From Candidatus Latescibacterota bacterium (GTDB lineage: Bacteria; Latescibacterota; CBDEFO01): 64,000 nucleotides of DNA. Positions 42,816 through 52,434 of this stretch are shown here, one piece after another. The notes under the pieces are model-generated. The model saw only the letters and a list, made by a program, of their open reading frames with translations, was not told the DNA's origin and made no database searches. A program made the translations under genes and the position numbers. Within the stretch, counting starts at the first letter, position 1, and the number at the start of each line of letters is the position of its first letter. The stretch lies in contig CBDEFO010000008.1 in the NCBI GenBank assembly GCA_965237525.1, positions 288,001-352,000 on the forward strand, written 5' to 3'.

Positions 42816-43910
42816 ATGATACGAACATTTACAAGGATATTAGGCTTCTCTTTGATACTTATCAGCATAGGAACTACTGTAATCTACGCAGACGACCAGA
42901 TAGAGAGCCTGCAAATGGAAATCAGCAGGCTTGAGGTTCTAAAAGACAGCCTTTCCTCCGTGGATCGCAGCTTGATAGCACGAAGCGATAGCCTCTCTCA
43001 TGTCATAGACCGGCTAAAGTCAAAGATCGAAGACCTAACGGGCGTGTTCGTCGAGTACAGACTCGAAAAGGAGCTCAGATACGCTCAAAAGATTGCAGAA
43101 AAGACACAGAACGTAAGAGATAAAATGAATTCTGTAGAGAGTAAATTAACAGATAGAAAAGCAAAACTAAGGGTCCTGTATCAAAAAGAGATAGACCTTC
43201 TGTTCATTCAGCTTAAGGAGACGGACTCCCACGAGGATAAAAGGCAACTGATAGACAAAATAAAAGAGTATTCTTCCGCCAAGGGGAGTCTGAAAACATC
43301 CGACAAATTTCCGGAACTTGGGGAAATCGGAGCTGAAGATATGGAGATCGAGCGGGACGATGGTCCAGCGGAAATAAGGGGAAAAGCTGATCTTTTAAGC
43401 GACATCGCCGACAAGCTTAGGAGGACTTTAGAAAAGATAGAAAGTAAGATGAAGGACCTATCTGAGGAGAAAGATGCGCGCGATAAGATGCAGGAATTTT
43501 CCGAGGAGATATCCTTCTTCGATGAAGACCTCTTCACAAGCAGAGCTATAGGTTCGACTTCAAAAGAGGTGGCATTGACCTCCGGAAGTGAAGGGGTAAA
43601 AGACAGGGGTGCAGATCCAACTTTTGTCGATAACGTGTCAGACGCTGAAGGTTTTGCCCCGAGTCTCCCGGAGGAACCCGCTCAGACTGAGAATGTGACC
43701 GAACTCTTTTCGGGTTCCTCATCAGATAGAGATATAGCTCCCTCAGGCGAGGTCCTGTCAGCTGCATTGGAAAATGTAGAGACAGAGATAAATAAGCTCA
43801 GAGATGAAAATGAAAGGCTCAAAGAGAAGTTTTCCAATTTGAAAGAAAGAGCCCGGAGGCTTTATCACATAGCCCGAGAAATGGAGACCGCACCGGAGAA
43901 CAATAGGTGA
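42816..43910 (+). CDS. Exported coiled-coil hypothetical protein
   Basis: Signal peptide and long heptad-rich segments. Confidence 0.7.
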   Translation: MIRTFTRILGFSLILISIGTTVIYADDQIESLQMEISRLEVLKDSLSSVDRSLIARSDSLSHVIDRLKSKIEDLTGVFVEYRLEKELRYAQKIAEKTQNVRDKMNSVESKLTDRKAKLRVLYQKEIDLLFIQLKETDSHEDKRQLIDKIKEYSSAKGSLKTSDKFPELGEIGAEDMEIERDDGPAEIRGKADLLSDIADKLRRTLEKIESKMKDLSEEKDARDKMQEFSEEISFFDEDLFTSRAIGSTSKEVALTSGSEGVKDRGADPTFVDNVSDAEGFAPSLPEEPAQTENVTELFSGSSSDRDIAPSGEVLSAALENVETEINKLRDENERLKEKFSNLKERARRLYHIAREMETAPENNR

Positions 43911-45019
43911 AGTGGCGGGACCACTCCGTGCAACATCAGGCATTTGTACCCTTCATATTGCCCATTATCCTCTTGCTATTTTCCTCCTCCCCTTACGCTG
44001 GAATCTCCCACCAATCCAAAGGAAAGATCGGATTTGAGTACGATGACAACACCTTTGAGGATATAAGCGGCGGAGTAGGGGGCATTCTCCTAAGAACCTA
44101 CATAAACAGCAAATTACAGATTCTCACCCTCAAAAGAGCATCTGGCTCTGTGAACTATCAGACAGGTGCGAAAAGATATATTTCGCCTCCCAATAGAAGT
44201 GGGCTTTCGGCTGGCAATCTGATAGTCAACGATCTGGATCTGAAGTTACGCCTGGGACTCCCTTTAAATGTGAACGCATTGGGAGGGGCGAGGATCAAGG
44301 ATAAAAAGGTCTTCGGAGAAAGGGGAGAAAGGCTCTCCCCCGATGACGGCTATCTTTGGGGAACTGTATCCTTTTCGCTCAGCTTTCCTATCCTTAGGCC
44401 ACTCGTAGGGACACTTACCTACGGCCGATCACTCCTGGACTTCGACAGCTTCGACGACTTCGACCGAAACGGGCACCAGTTTGATATCGGCATCGCATAC
44501 AGATTGTCCAGAAAGTTCAAAGCCGGAGTACACTTCAAAAGGAAGGAACTCGACTTTGAGGGATCCGTCGTCCTGCCTCCCGAATCGGAGAACCCTTCAC
44601 AAAGGAAGAGAGAGGACACGTTCAGCCAGGTAGGGGTCACATGCCAGGCGTACGTCCTCAAATCTCTCATCGACTTTGCATACTCCTATCAAAAAAACTC
44701 ATCTATAAGCTTCGGAAGCTCTTATAGGAGCAACGTCTTTAGAGTTATCATCGTCAAGCGTGTACCCCTCGGCTCGACCGTTCAGGTCTATGCCAGGATA
44801 CAGAACAGACGCTACATGGACAAGATAAAGCTCCCGGATGAAGCGGAGCCGCTCACAGACGAGGACGATCAGGACTCCCTCCAGATCAGAATATCCAAAT
44901 CCCTTACCCCAAGATGGGACATCCAGACTCAATACAGAATCAACAGAGACGAATCCTCCCGAAAGACCGAGTTCTACACTAAGGGACTCTACTCTGTGTC
45001 CCTGAACTATTCCTTCTGA
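43907..45019 (+). CDS. Probable outer-membrane beta-barrel protein
   Basis: Signal peptide, alternating beta-strand pattern, C-terminal LNYSF. Confidence 0.7.
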   Translation: MKWRDHSVQHQAFVPFILPIILLLFSSSPYAGISHQSKGKIGFEYDDNTFEDISGGVGGILLRTYINSKLQILTLKRASGSVNYQTGAKRYISPPNRSGLSAGNLIVNDLDLKLRLGLPLNVNALGGARIKDKKVFGERGERLSPDDGYLWGTVSFSLSFPILRPLVGTLTYGRSLLDFDSFDDFDRNGHQFDIGIAYRLSRKFKAGVHFKRKELDFEGSVVLPPESENPSQRKREDTFSQVGVTCQAYVLKSLIDFAYSYQKNSSISFGSSYRSNVFRVIIVKRVPLGSTVQVYARIQNRRYMDKIKLPDEAEPLTDEDDQDSLQIRISKSLTPRWDIQTQYRINRDESSRKTEFYTKGLYSVSLNYSF

Positions 45020-45032
45020 AGAGCGTCATTTT

Positions 45033-45069
45033 TATCAGAAATCTGATACTCGACCCTCAGATTTTTGAG
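45033..45069. promoter_or_regulatory. Candidate enhancer-binding-protein sites
   Basis: Tandem palindromes TATCAGA-AA-TCTGATA and CTCAGA-TT-TTTGAG about 160-200 bp upstream of the sigma54 site. Confidence 0.45.
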
Positions 45070-45229
45070 GTTTGTCCGACTGTCAAAGCTTCTTTCGCCG
45101 CGGCTGCTTACCTGCTATTTCGCGCGACAGTGAAGTAATCTCCCTTATCTGAATGACTGATGGCGTCACGACGGGGGGTAAGGGATAGGATAAGACTTTT
45201 TACGATCACGGAATCGTCGTCTTAGTGTG

Positions 45230-45244
45230 TGGCACGAATGTTGC
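45230..45244 (+). promoter_or_regulatory. Sigma54 -24/-12 promoter
   Basis: TGGCAC-GAATG-TTGC. Confidence 0.75.
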
Positions 45245-45512
45245 GTTTCGTTTTGTGCAGAGCAGCGACAATTCAAACTTTAAATCATATAAGAAGAGGT
45301 TAAAGACTGTGAAATTATGGATGCTGATAAAAGATATGAGCCTAATTATGCTTGTATCAGGGCTTATGCTGTATGTTGTCATCCAGATCGCCACTGTTCT
45401 GTTCTAACTTCAAGGAGCTGCCAGATGAAAAGGATGCTACTGTGTTTTGCGTGGATACTCGTTATTTGTGCACCGGCTCTTTCACTTGCTCGTTTAATGA
45501 GGAGGTGACATC

Positions 45513-46781
45513 ATGTGCAAGATATTAAATTTCAGCTTCGTACTCTTCTTCTGCATCGGATTTACCCAATGCGGAGGGCATAATCCCCTCTCACCGATTT
45601 TGAATGAGGCGCGCGACTTAACTCCAGCCGAAAAGCGTCTGGTCGAATCGGACAACAGATTCGGCATCAAACTCTTCAAGGCAATTGTCAAAGAAGAAGA
45701 CTCCAAGGTGACATTTGCACCAGCACCCATAGAGGATAGAAACGTCTTTATGTCTCCATTGAGCGTCTCTATGGCGCTGGGGATGACATACAACGGAGCA
45801 GATGGGAGCACAGGGGAAGCTATGCGCGAAACCCTCGAACTCGCAGGTATGACAATTCAGGAGATAAACGAGTCCTACAAAGGTCTGATAGAACTGTTAG
45901 CCAACCTAGATCCGAAGGTGAGATTTGATCTTGCAAATTCGATCTGGTATCGTCAGGGATACTCCTTTGAGGAGGCGTTCATGGATCTGAACAAGGCATA
46001 TTTCGACGCCCAGGTGAGAGAGCTGGACTTCAGTGATGCGAGTGCCCTGGATATAATCAACGGATGGGTCGATGACAATACCAACGGGAAAATCGATGAG
46101 ATCGTGGACAGGATCGATGCTCGTACGGTGATGTTTCTGATTAATGCAATCTATTTTAAGGGAACATGGACCTACGAGTTCGATGAAGAACTCACGAGAG
46201 ACGATCTCTTTTTACCGCCCGACGGTTCCGAGAAATCGTGCAGGATGATGATGCAGGTGGGCAACTTCCAATATTTTGAAAATTCCGATTTTCAAGCCGT
46301 CGATCTTCCCTACGGCGACGGCTATTTCAGCATGGTCATCTTCCTTCCACGCACGGAGAAGGACATGAATTTCCTGATTGAAGAATTTAATCAGGAGAAC
46401 TGGGATCTTTGGATACACAGCTTTTCCGAACATGATGGGACTCTGCAATTGCCCAAGTTTACTCTCGAATATGAATTGGAACTGAACAATGTGTTGCAGG
46501 CGTTGGGGATGGGAATTGCTTTCTCGGATCAGGCTGATTTTACCAAGATGTACAGACCAGGTGGTCTATTCATCAGCAAGGTTAAGCATAAAACATTTGT
46601 AGATGTAGACGAACAGGGCACAGAAGCCGCGGCAGTCACTTCTGTGGAGATACGTGAGACGGCAATTGGTCCCTCCGGTTTTTCAATGCGAATTGACAGA
46701 CCATTTGTATTTGCGATTCGAGAAAATCGCACCGGCACGATATTGTTTATGGGCAGAATCGTTGCACCGACCTTGGGTTAA
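45513..46781 (+). CDS. Serpin 1 (probable lipoprotein)
   Basis: NVFMSPLSVSMAL, LINAIYFKGTW, LPKF, hinge EQGTEAAAVT, DRPFVFAIRE. Confidence 0.96.
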   Translation: MCKILNFSFVLFFCIGFTQCGGHNPLSPILNEARDLTPAEKRLVESDNRFGIKLFKAIVKEEDSKVTFAPAPIEDRNVFMSPLSVSMALGMTYNGADGSTGEAMRETLELAGMTIQEINESYKGLIELLANLDPKVRFDLANSIWYRQGYSFEEAFMDLNKAYFDAQVRELDFSDASALDIINGWVDDNTNGKIDEIVDRIDARTVMFLINAIYFKGTWTYEFDEELTRDDLFLPPDGSEKSCRMMMQVGNFQYFENSDFQAVDLPYGDGYFSMVIFLPRTEKDMNFLIEEFNQENWDLWIHSFSEHDGTLQLPKFTLEYELELNNVLQALGMGIAFSDQADFTKMYRPGGLFISKVKHKTFVDVDEQGTEAAAVTSVEIRETAIGPSGFSMRIDRPFVFAIRENRTGTILFMGRIVAPTLG

Positions 46782-46800
46782 TAGGAGGAGAGATACTACC

Positions 46801-48039
46801 ATGTCCAAGATATTAAACTTCATCTTTGTGCTCCTGCTCTGCGTTGGATTTATGCAATGTGGAGAGGATAATATCGTCTCACCGATTATGAGTGAGTCGC
46901 GCGACTTAACCGCGGCTGAGAAGCGCCTGGTCGAATCGGACAACAGATTCGGACTCAAGCTTTTCAAGGAGATTATCAGAGGCGAGGAGGACAAGAACGT
47001 CTTCATCTCACCTTTGGGTGTCTCAATGGCGTTGGGGATGACCTACAACGGCGCGAATGGGAGCACAGAGGAGGCTATGCGGGAGGCACTCCAACTCGGA
47101 GATCTGACGATTCAGGAGATAAACGAGTCCTACAAAGGGCTGATAGAACTGTTAGCCAACCTCGATCCGAAGGTGAGATTTGATCTTGCAAACTCGATCT
47201 GGTATCGTCAGGGATTCCCCGTTGAGGAGGAGTTCATCAAACTGAACAAGGCATATTTCGACGCTCAGGTAAGAGGATTGGATTTTGACGATCCGAACGC
47301 GTCGGACATAATCAACGAGTGGGTCGATGCGAGTACTGACAGCAAGATTGAAGAGATCGTGCCGAAGGAGATCGATCCCAGTACGGTGATGTATCTTATC
47401 AACGCAATCTATTTCAAGGGCAGTTGGACCTACGAGTTCGATGAGAGCCTGACGAAAGATGATCTCTTTAGTTTGCCCGACGGTTCACAAAAGTCTTGCA
47501 AGATGATGAAGCAGGAAGGAGGCTTTCAATATTTTGAAAATTCTGATTTTCAAGCAATCGATCTGCCCTACGGCGGCGGCGACTTCAGCATGACCGTTTT
47601 TCTCCCGCGCGCAGGAAAGGACGTAGATTTCCTGATTGAAGAATTCAGTCAGGAGAACTGGGATCTTTGGATAAACAGTTTCTCCGAACATGAATTGACT
47701 CTGCAATTACCCAAGTTTACCCTCGAATATGACCTGACTCTGAACGATGTCCTGAAGGCGTTGGGGATGGAGATCGCCTTCGACCGCGACCGAGCCGATT
47801 TTACCAAGATGTATACAGGGCCAAGTCGTTTGTACATCAGTAAGGTGAAGCGTAAGACGTTCGTAAAGGTAAACGAAGAGGGCACGGAGGCTGCTGCGGT
47901 TACTGCCGTGGATATGCAGATCGATTCGGTGCTCCCTTCGATGCGTGTCGATAGACCGTTCGTATTTGTGATTCGGGAGAACCGCTCAGGGACGATACTC
48001 TTTGTGGGCAAGATCGTCGAACCGATTCTGGAGTCATAG
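46801..48039 (+). CDS. Serpin 2 (probable lipoprotein), tandem paralogue
   Basis: NVFISPLGVSMAL, LINAIYFKGSW, hinge EEGTEAAAVT, DRPFVFVIRE. Confidence 0.96.
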   Translation: MSKILNFIFVLLLCVGFMQCGEDNIVSPIMSESRDLTAAEKRLVESDNRFGLKLFKEIIRGEEDKNVFISPLGVSMALGMTYNGANGSTEEAMREALQLGDLTIQEINESYKGLIELLANLDPKVRFDLANSIWYRQGFPVEEEFIKLNKAYFDAQVRGLDFDDPNASDIINEWVDASTDSKIEEIVPKEIDPSTVMYLINAIYFKGSWTYEFDESLTKDDLFSLPDGSQKSCKMMKQEGGFQYFENSDFQAIDLPYGGGDFSMTVFLPRAGKDVDFLIEEFSQENWDLWINSFSEHELTLQLPKFTLEYDLTLNDVLKALGMEIAFDRDRADFTKMYTGPSRLYISKVKRKTFVKVNEEGTEAAAVTAVDMQIDSVLPSMRVDRPFVFVIRENRSGTILFVGKIVEPILES

Positions 48040-48421
48040 ACCAAATCTACAACATTCTTTCAAAACCACAAGGAGGACAAAATGAAAAGTGTCGCGATGA
48101 GTCTGATGATAGTCCTTTGCACCATTACTGCAGTAAATGCGGAGCTAATTTTTAAGCAAGATTTTGAGAACGGTCTTGCTGATTGGACCCCGGGCTTCGA
48201 TCTTCCTGACGATCCCAACAATCCCGGCAATATAGTAGCATGGGAGGTCGTCCCCTCAGACGAGCAGGTATTCGCCGGCGATCGGTCGCTCAAGCTCTTC
48301 ATAGACGGTCGGCAGGACGACGGTACGGTCTGGCTCGCCGGGGAATTTCCCTCCTACCCGACACAGAACACGGACGTCACAGTAAATTTTGGGAATTATA
48401 TCGAAAAGTGCCCATCTCCTC

Positions 48422-48450
48422 TTGACTTCCCCCGGTTTAGGCACTATATT
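48422..48450 (+). promoter_or_regulatory. Transposase promoter of element B
   Basis: TTGACT-N17-TATATT. Confidence 0.65.
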
Positions 48451-48475
48451 GTAAGTAGTCAAGAGGAGATGTTAA

Positions 48476-49414
48476 ATGAGCCAACCTGCTCCAGGACGTT
48501 CCCACCGCAAAGGCGTTACCCTTCGAGAGTTGTTCCGCCGGTTCCCCGATGACAAGGCCGCCGAGGCGTGGTTCATGGAGACCCGGTGGCCGGACGGGCC
48601 GGTTTGCCACCATTGCGGTTCGACCAGCGTGCAGACCGGGGCCGCCCACAAGACCATGCCATTGCGGTGCCGCGATTGCCGAAAGAGATTCAGCGTTCGC
48701 ACCGGGACGGTCATGGAAAGCAGCAAGCTTGGATTTCAGGTCTGGGCCATTGCCACCTACCTGCTGACGACAAATCTCAAAGGCATCTCCAGCATGAAGC
48801 TCCACCGTGAGCTGGGCATCACCCAGAGAAGCGCCTGGCACTTGGCGCACAGAATTCGGGCAACCTTCGAGGCGCAGCCTGACAAGGCTTCTTTCGCTGG
48901 CCCCGTCGAGATCGACGAGACGTTCATCGGCGGGAGGGAGAAGAACAAGCACTCCGACAAGAAGCTCCACGCAGGCCGGGGCACCGTCGGAAAGGCCGTG
49001 GTCGCTGGAGTTAAGGACCGGTTGACGAAGGAAGTCCGCGCCGAGGTCGTTCAGGGAACCGACAGGGAAACCCTCCTTGGCTTCGTCGAGGACCACGTAG
49101 AGCCGGACGCCCGGAAGTTCACCGACGAGCACCATGCCTACCAAGACCTCAGAAACCACTCGACGTGCAAGCATGGCGTGGGGCATTGGGTGGACGGACA
49201 GGCGCACACCAACGGCCTGGAGAGCTTCTGGTCGATGTTCAAGCGTGGCTACCATGGCACCTTCCATCGTATGTCATTCAAGCACCTGCACCGCTACGTC
49301 AACGAGTTCGCCGGGCGGCACAACGTCCGCGACAGCGACACCCTGGAGCAGATGTGCCTGTTGGCTACCGGGCTGGTTGGGAAGCGGCTTCGATACCGGG
49401 ATCTTATCTCGTGA
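48476..49414 (+). CDS. IS1595-family (ISXO2-like) DDE transposase
   Basis: CHHC..CRDC Zn ribbon, HTH, EIDETFIG, FTDE, HTNGLESFWS. Confidence 0.95.
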   Translation: MSQPAPGRSHRKGVTLRELFRRFPDDKAAEAWFMETRWPDGPVCHHCGSTSVQTGAAHKTMPLRCRDCRKRFSVRTGTVMESSKLGFQVWAIATYLLTTNLKGISSMKLHRELGITQRSAWHLAHRIRATFEAQPDKASFAGPVEIDETFIGGREKNKHSDKKLHAGRGTVGKAVVAGVKDRLTKEVRAEVVQGTDRETLLGFVEDHVEPDARKFTDEHHAYQDLRNHSTCKHGVGHWVDGQAHTNGLESFWSMFKRGYHGTFHRMSFKHLHRYVNEFAGRHNVRDSDTLEQMCLLATGLVGKRLRYRDLIS

Positions 49415-50451
49415 CCACGACCGCAAGTAGGCCCCCGCGCGGATCGCAGAGATCCGCCTCGGCCGCGAAGAGGACTACATACTCCAGGGCCGGAGTTACG
49501 GTGCACTTCGCTCCGGCTGAATCTCTGTACGATGAATGGCCCACCCCCACATGCATCATATCCGACGGGCCTTACGGGCTGAGTGGTTATCCTGGAGACT
49601 TGACCACAATCGACGGACTCGTGGACTGGTATCGCCCGCACGTAGAAGCGTGGTCTGAACATGCAACGCCGGAAACCTCCCTGTGGCTCTGGAACTCGGA
49701 GATAGGGTGGGCGACCATTCATCCCCTTCTCGCAGAGCACGGATGGGAATATCGGTGCTGCCATATCTGGGACAAGGGATTGGGGCATATTGCCGGCAAC
49801 GTCAACACCCAGACGCTTCGCAAGTTCCCGGTGACAACGGAAGTGTGCGCCCATTACGTCAAGGCCCCGAAGTTCGGAGGGATGTCGGCACAAGAATGGC
49901 TGCGCCACGAATGGCGACGCTCCGGACTCCCTCTCAGACTGGCCAACGAGGCTTGTGGCGTCGCCAATGCGGCCACTCGCAAGTACTTGACTGCGGATCA
50001 CCTGTGGTACTTCCCGCCCCCCAAAGCGTTCCAAGGGCTTTGCTCTTTCGCTAACGAGCACGGAGACCCTGCGGGCCGTCCCTACTACAGCATTGATGGA
50101 CGACGGTCCATGACTCCAAATAAGTGGGCTCGTTGCCGCGCAAAATTTCACTGCTCCGTGGGGATCACCAATGTCTGGCGCACCCCCCAGGTGGCGGGTG
50201 CTGAGCGCGTCAACGGCACGCGCCAATCCATGAGATGGAAGTACATGAGTCTCCACGGCAGCCAGAAACCTCTGTCTCTGGTCGAGATCGCAATTGAGGC
50301 CAGCACCGACCCCGGAGACGTAGTGTGGGAACCCTTTGGAGGACTCTGCCCTGCGGCGGTATGTGCGGTCCGCTTGAGTCGGTTCGGGTGTAGCGCCGAG
50401 ATCGTCAGAGAGTTCTACAAGGCGGCCTGCGAGAGACTCAAGAATGCCTGA
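49411..50451 (+). CDS. Site-specific N4/N6 DNA methyltransferase (beta-type motif order)
   Basis: IISDGPY catalytic motif near N-terminus, IWDKG, TNVW, HGSQKP, DVVWEPFGG SAM motif near C-terminus; GTG start overlaps transposase TGA. Confidence 0.88.
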   Translation: MTTTASRPPRGSQRSASAAKRTTYSRAGVTVHFAPAESLYDEWPTPTCIISDGPYGLSGYPGDLTTIDGLVDWYRPHVEAWSEHATPETSLWLWNSEIGWATIHPLLAEHGWEYRCCHIWDKGLGHIAGNVNTQTLRKFPVTTEVCAHYVKAPKFGGMSAQEWLRHEWRRSGLPLRLANEACGVANAATRKYLTADHLWYFPPPKAFQGLCSFANEHGDPAGRPYYSIDGRRSMTPNKWARCRAKFHCSVGITNVWRTPQVAGAERVNGTRQSMRWKYMSLHGSQKPLSLVEIAIEASTDPGDVVWEPFGGLCPAAVCAVRLSRFGCSAEIVREFYKAACERLKNA

Positions 50452-51217
50452 TCCGCCGACACCCCCGTCAATAGTTGAACCCACCAATTGGGAGCATTTC
50501 GATCTATACCGGCGGGTCAAGAATGCACTGTATGCGGTCCCCGATCGGTTCACCACTCCGACGAACATAGAAGGGCTACTCGTCACAGACATTTTCACCC
50601 TCAACGCAGTCCTGAGTGCATCCATCGAGGAGTCCGTTGTAAACACCCTGAATGCCCTTCGTCCTGTTTGGGACCATGACTCCAACTACCAGACCTACTC
50701 CTTTGTCCGTCAACCACAAACCTTCCCGGACGTTGTTCTGCGGACTGTCGACAACGGCGCAAAGCCCTTGATGGGAATCGAACTGAAGGGGTGGTATCTG
50801 CTCGCACGCGAAGGCCACCCCACCTACAGATTCGCGGTAACCGAGAAAGCATGTAGCCCTTGGGATCTACTCGTAGTCATTCCTTGGGTCCTGTCCAATG
50901 TCCTGGCCGGATCACCTGTTCTTTTCCGGCCATTCATTCGGCCGGCCGTGTTCTGCGCACAGAAGAGGAACCATTATTGGCAACATGAGCGCCAGGCAGC
51001 CGGCGGGAACACGGGAATTAACATTCCCTCTGAAGTTCATCCGTATCCCACGAAGAGAGATCATATCTCAGACAAGCCACAAAGTGACTCCGGTGGAAAC
51101 TTCGGGAGACTGGCGCGATACGGGATCATGGATGAGTACATAAAGAGCATGCTGGATGATAAGGTTCGTGGTGTGTCTGTCCGTAAATGGCTGGAATTCT
51201 TCAAGAAAGAGGCATAA
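50444..51217 (+). CDS. Putative type II restriction endonuclease
   Basis: Overlaps MTase end; IEE...FPDVVL...GIELKGW PD-(D/E)xK motif. Confidence 0.75.
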   Translation: MPDPPTPPSIVEPTNWEHFDLYRRVKNALYAVPDRFTTPTNIEGLLVTDIFTLNAVLSASIEESVVNTLNALRPVWDHDSNYQTYSFVRQPQTFPDVVLRTVDNGAKPLMGIELKGWYLLAREGHPTYRFAVTEKACSPWDLLVVIPWVLSNVLAGSPVLFRPFIRPAVFCAQKRNHYWQHERQAAGGNTGINIPSEVHPYPTKRDHISDKPQSDSGGNFGRLARYGIMDEYIKSMLDDKVRGVSVRKWLEFFKKEA

Positions 51218-51387
51218 TGGGAAAATCCAACGACGATTCCCACTCCGTCCGTGGCCCCGGCCGCCCGGAAAAGCAGGACATCAAGTTGCCGGCCAGCGCG
51301 GAGGAGATCGCCCGTAACATCTTCGACAACGCCAAGCCGGTAGATCCGTCGAAGCGGCAAACCAACCAGAACAAAGAGAGCAAGTAA
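51217..51387 (+). CDS. 56-aa IS-associated microprotein
   Basis: TAATG-coupled on both sides; near-identical to 34130-34303. Confidence 0.8.
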   Translation: MGKSNDDSHSVRGPGRPEKQDIKLPASAEEIARNIFDNAKPVDPSKRQTNQNKESK

Positions 51388-51704
51388 TGGCAGTATCGAT
51401 TTACGATTTAATCCGACAAGCCATTCTCAACAAAGAGCAAGTCTTTGCTACCTACGACGGACATCGGCGGGAAATGTGCCCTCATGTGATTGGAACAAAA
51501 AATGGCAGAGAACAGGCTCTTTTTTACCAGTTCGGAGGAAGCAGTAGATCGGGGCTGTCAATTGACCCTCGAAAAAACTGGCGGTGCATTCCCATCAACG
51601 GCCTAAGCGCCGTATCAGTGCAGAAGGGAGAATGGCACACAGGGCCTAATCATACTCGTCCACAAACGTGCGTAGACGACATTGACGTCGAAGTCGCCCT
51701 TTAG
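51387..51704 (+). CDS. Stand-alone WYL-like domain protein
   Basis: IRQAILNKEQVFATYDGHRREMCPHVIG...LFYQ...WRCIPINGLSAV follows the WYL fold pattern. Confidence 0.6.
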   Translation: MAVSIYDLIRQAILNKEQVFATYDGHRREMCPHVIGTKNGREQALFYQFGGSSRSGLSIDPRKNWRCIPINGLSAVSVQKGEWHTGPNHTRPQTCVDDIDVEVAL

Positions 51705-51917
51705 CTAAGGCGTACTCTTGCTGCGATTCTTAAAGTCGCCGTATTCCTTAGCCCTTTCTTCCGCATTTTGCCCCGTAAATCGAGCCATATAGCAGTTCCC
51801 TTCGTCCTCATAGTCAATCGTCTCTGCGATCCATTCTCCTGGGTAAAACTTGCACTCCTGAACTTCGTAAACTAATGAGCTCTCCATTTGAGGAGCTTCT
51901 GGGGCAGTCGTAGTCAT
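51705..51917 (-). CDS. Small hypothetical protein
   Basis: GGAGGA RBS before MTTTAPE; YEVQE..PGEWIAETID..GNCYMARFTG..AEERAKEY. Confidence 0.6.
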   Translation of the reverse strand: MTTTAPEAPQMESSLVYEVQECKFYPGEWIAETIDYEDEGNCYMARFTGQNAEERAKEYGDFKNRSKSTP

Positions 51918-52042
51918 TGAGTTATCCTCCTGCTGGGAACTTTGGTAGATAATCCCTTTTTTTACCGGTCGCCGTCCGAACCTGCCGATAGCCGCATGAA
52001 TGAAGACCAAGTGATGAATGATTTTCTATGGGGAGTTCAATC

Positions 52043-52213
52043 ATGAATCAGCACAAACCCGATAGCCGTCCCACAGTAGAGATTCCGCCGCAGGACCACC
52101 AGCCGAGCAAGGCGGAGCTGGAGGAAGAGATCAAGATTGACGCTACGCCGGAGGAGGTGGCACGGCAGCTGGTGCAGCCAGTGGTGGCAGTGGAGCGGGA
52201 GGAACCGAAATGA
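52043..52213 (+). CDS. 56-aa microprotein distantly similar to the IS-associated microproteins
   Basis: GGGAG RBS; EIKIDATPEEVARQL resembles DIKLPASAEEIARNI. Confidence 0.6.
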   Translation: MNQHKPDSRPTVEIPPQDHQPSKAELEEEIKIDATPEEVARQLVQPVVAVEREEPK

Positions 52214-52434
52214 TTGTCAGCCTCGAAAGTGTAAGCTACCAGCAAACCGAGGCGAAGGTGGTATGGGCTTTCCAGTCTCATGACAGCGAAATGTTTCGGC
52301 TATCTGTTCAAGTAAGACTTGCCGATCTTCCTCCAGCGCAGCTACACGAGAATACAATTCGCGTAGCGCAGAAAGTGCTGATTCTTCGCTTGGAGGAGAT
52401 TCTGTCAAAGCTTCAGGAACAGCCGGAAGAGTAG
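52210..52434 (+). CDS. Small hypothetical protein
   Basis: ATGA overlap with the previous ORF. Confidence 0.45.
   Translation: MIVSLESVSYQQTEAKVVWAFQSHDSEMFRLSVQVRLADLPPAQLHENTIRVAQKVLILRLEEILSKLQEQPEE

Noticed and set aside
45513..48039. Serpin duplication as a diversity-generating retroelement template/variable pair
   Set aside because: Both are full-length genes, differences are not adenine-specific, and no reverse transcriptase is present
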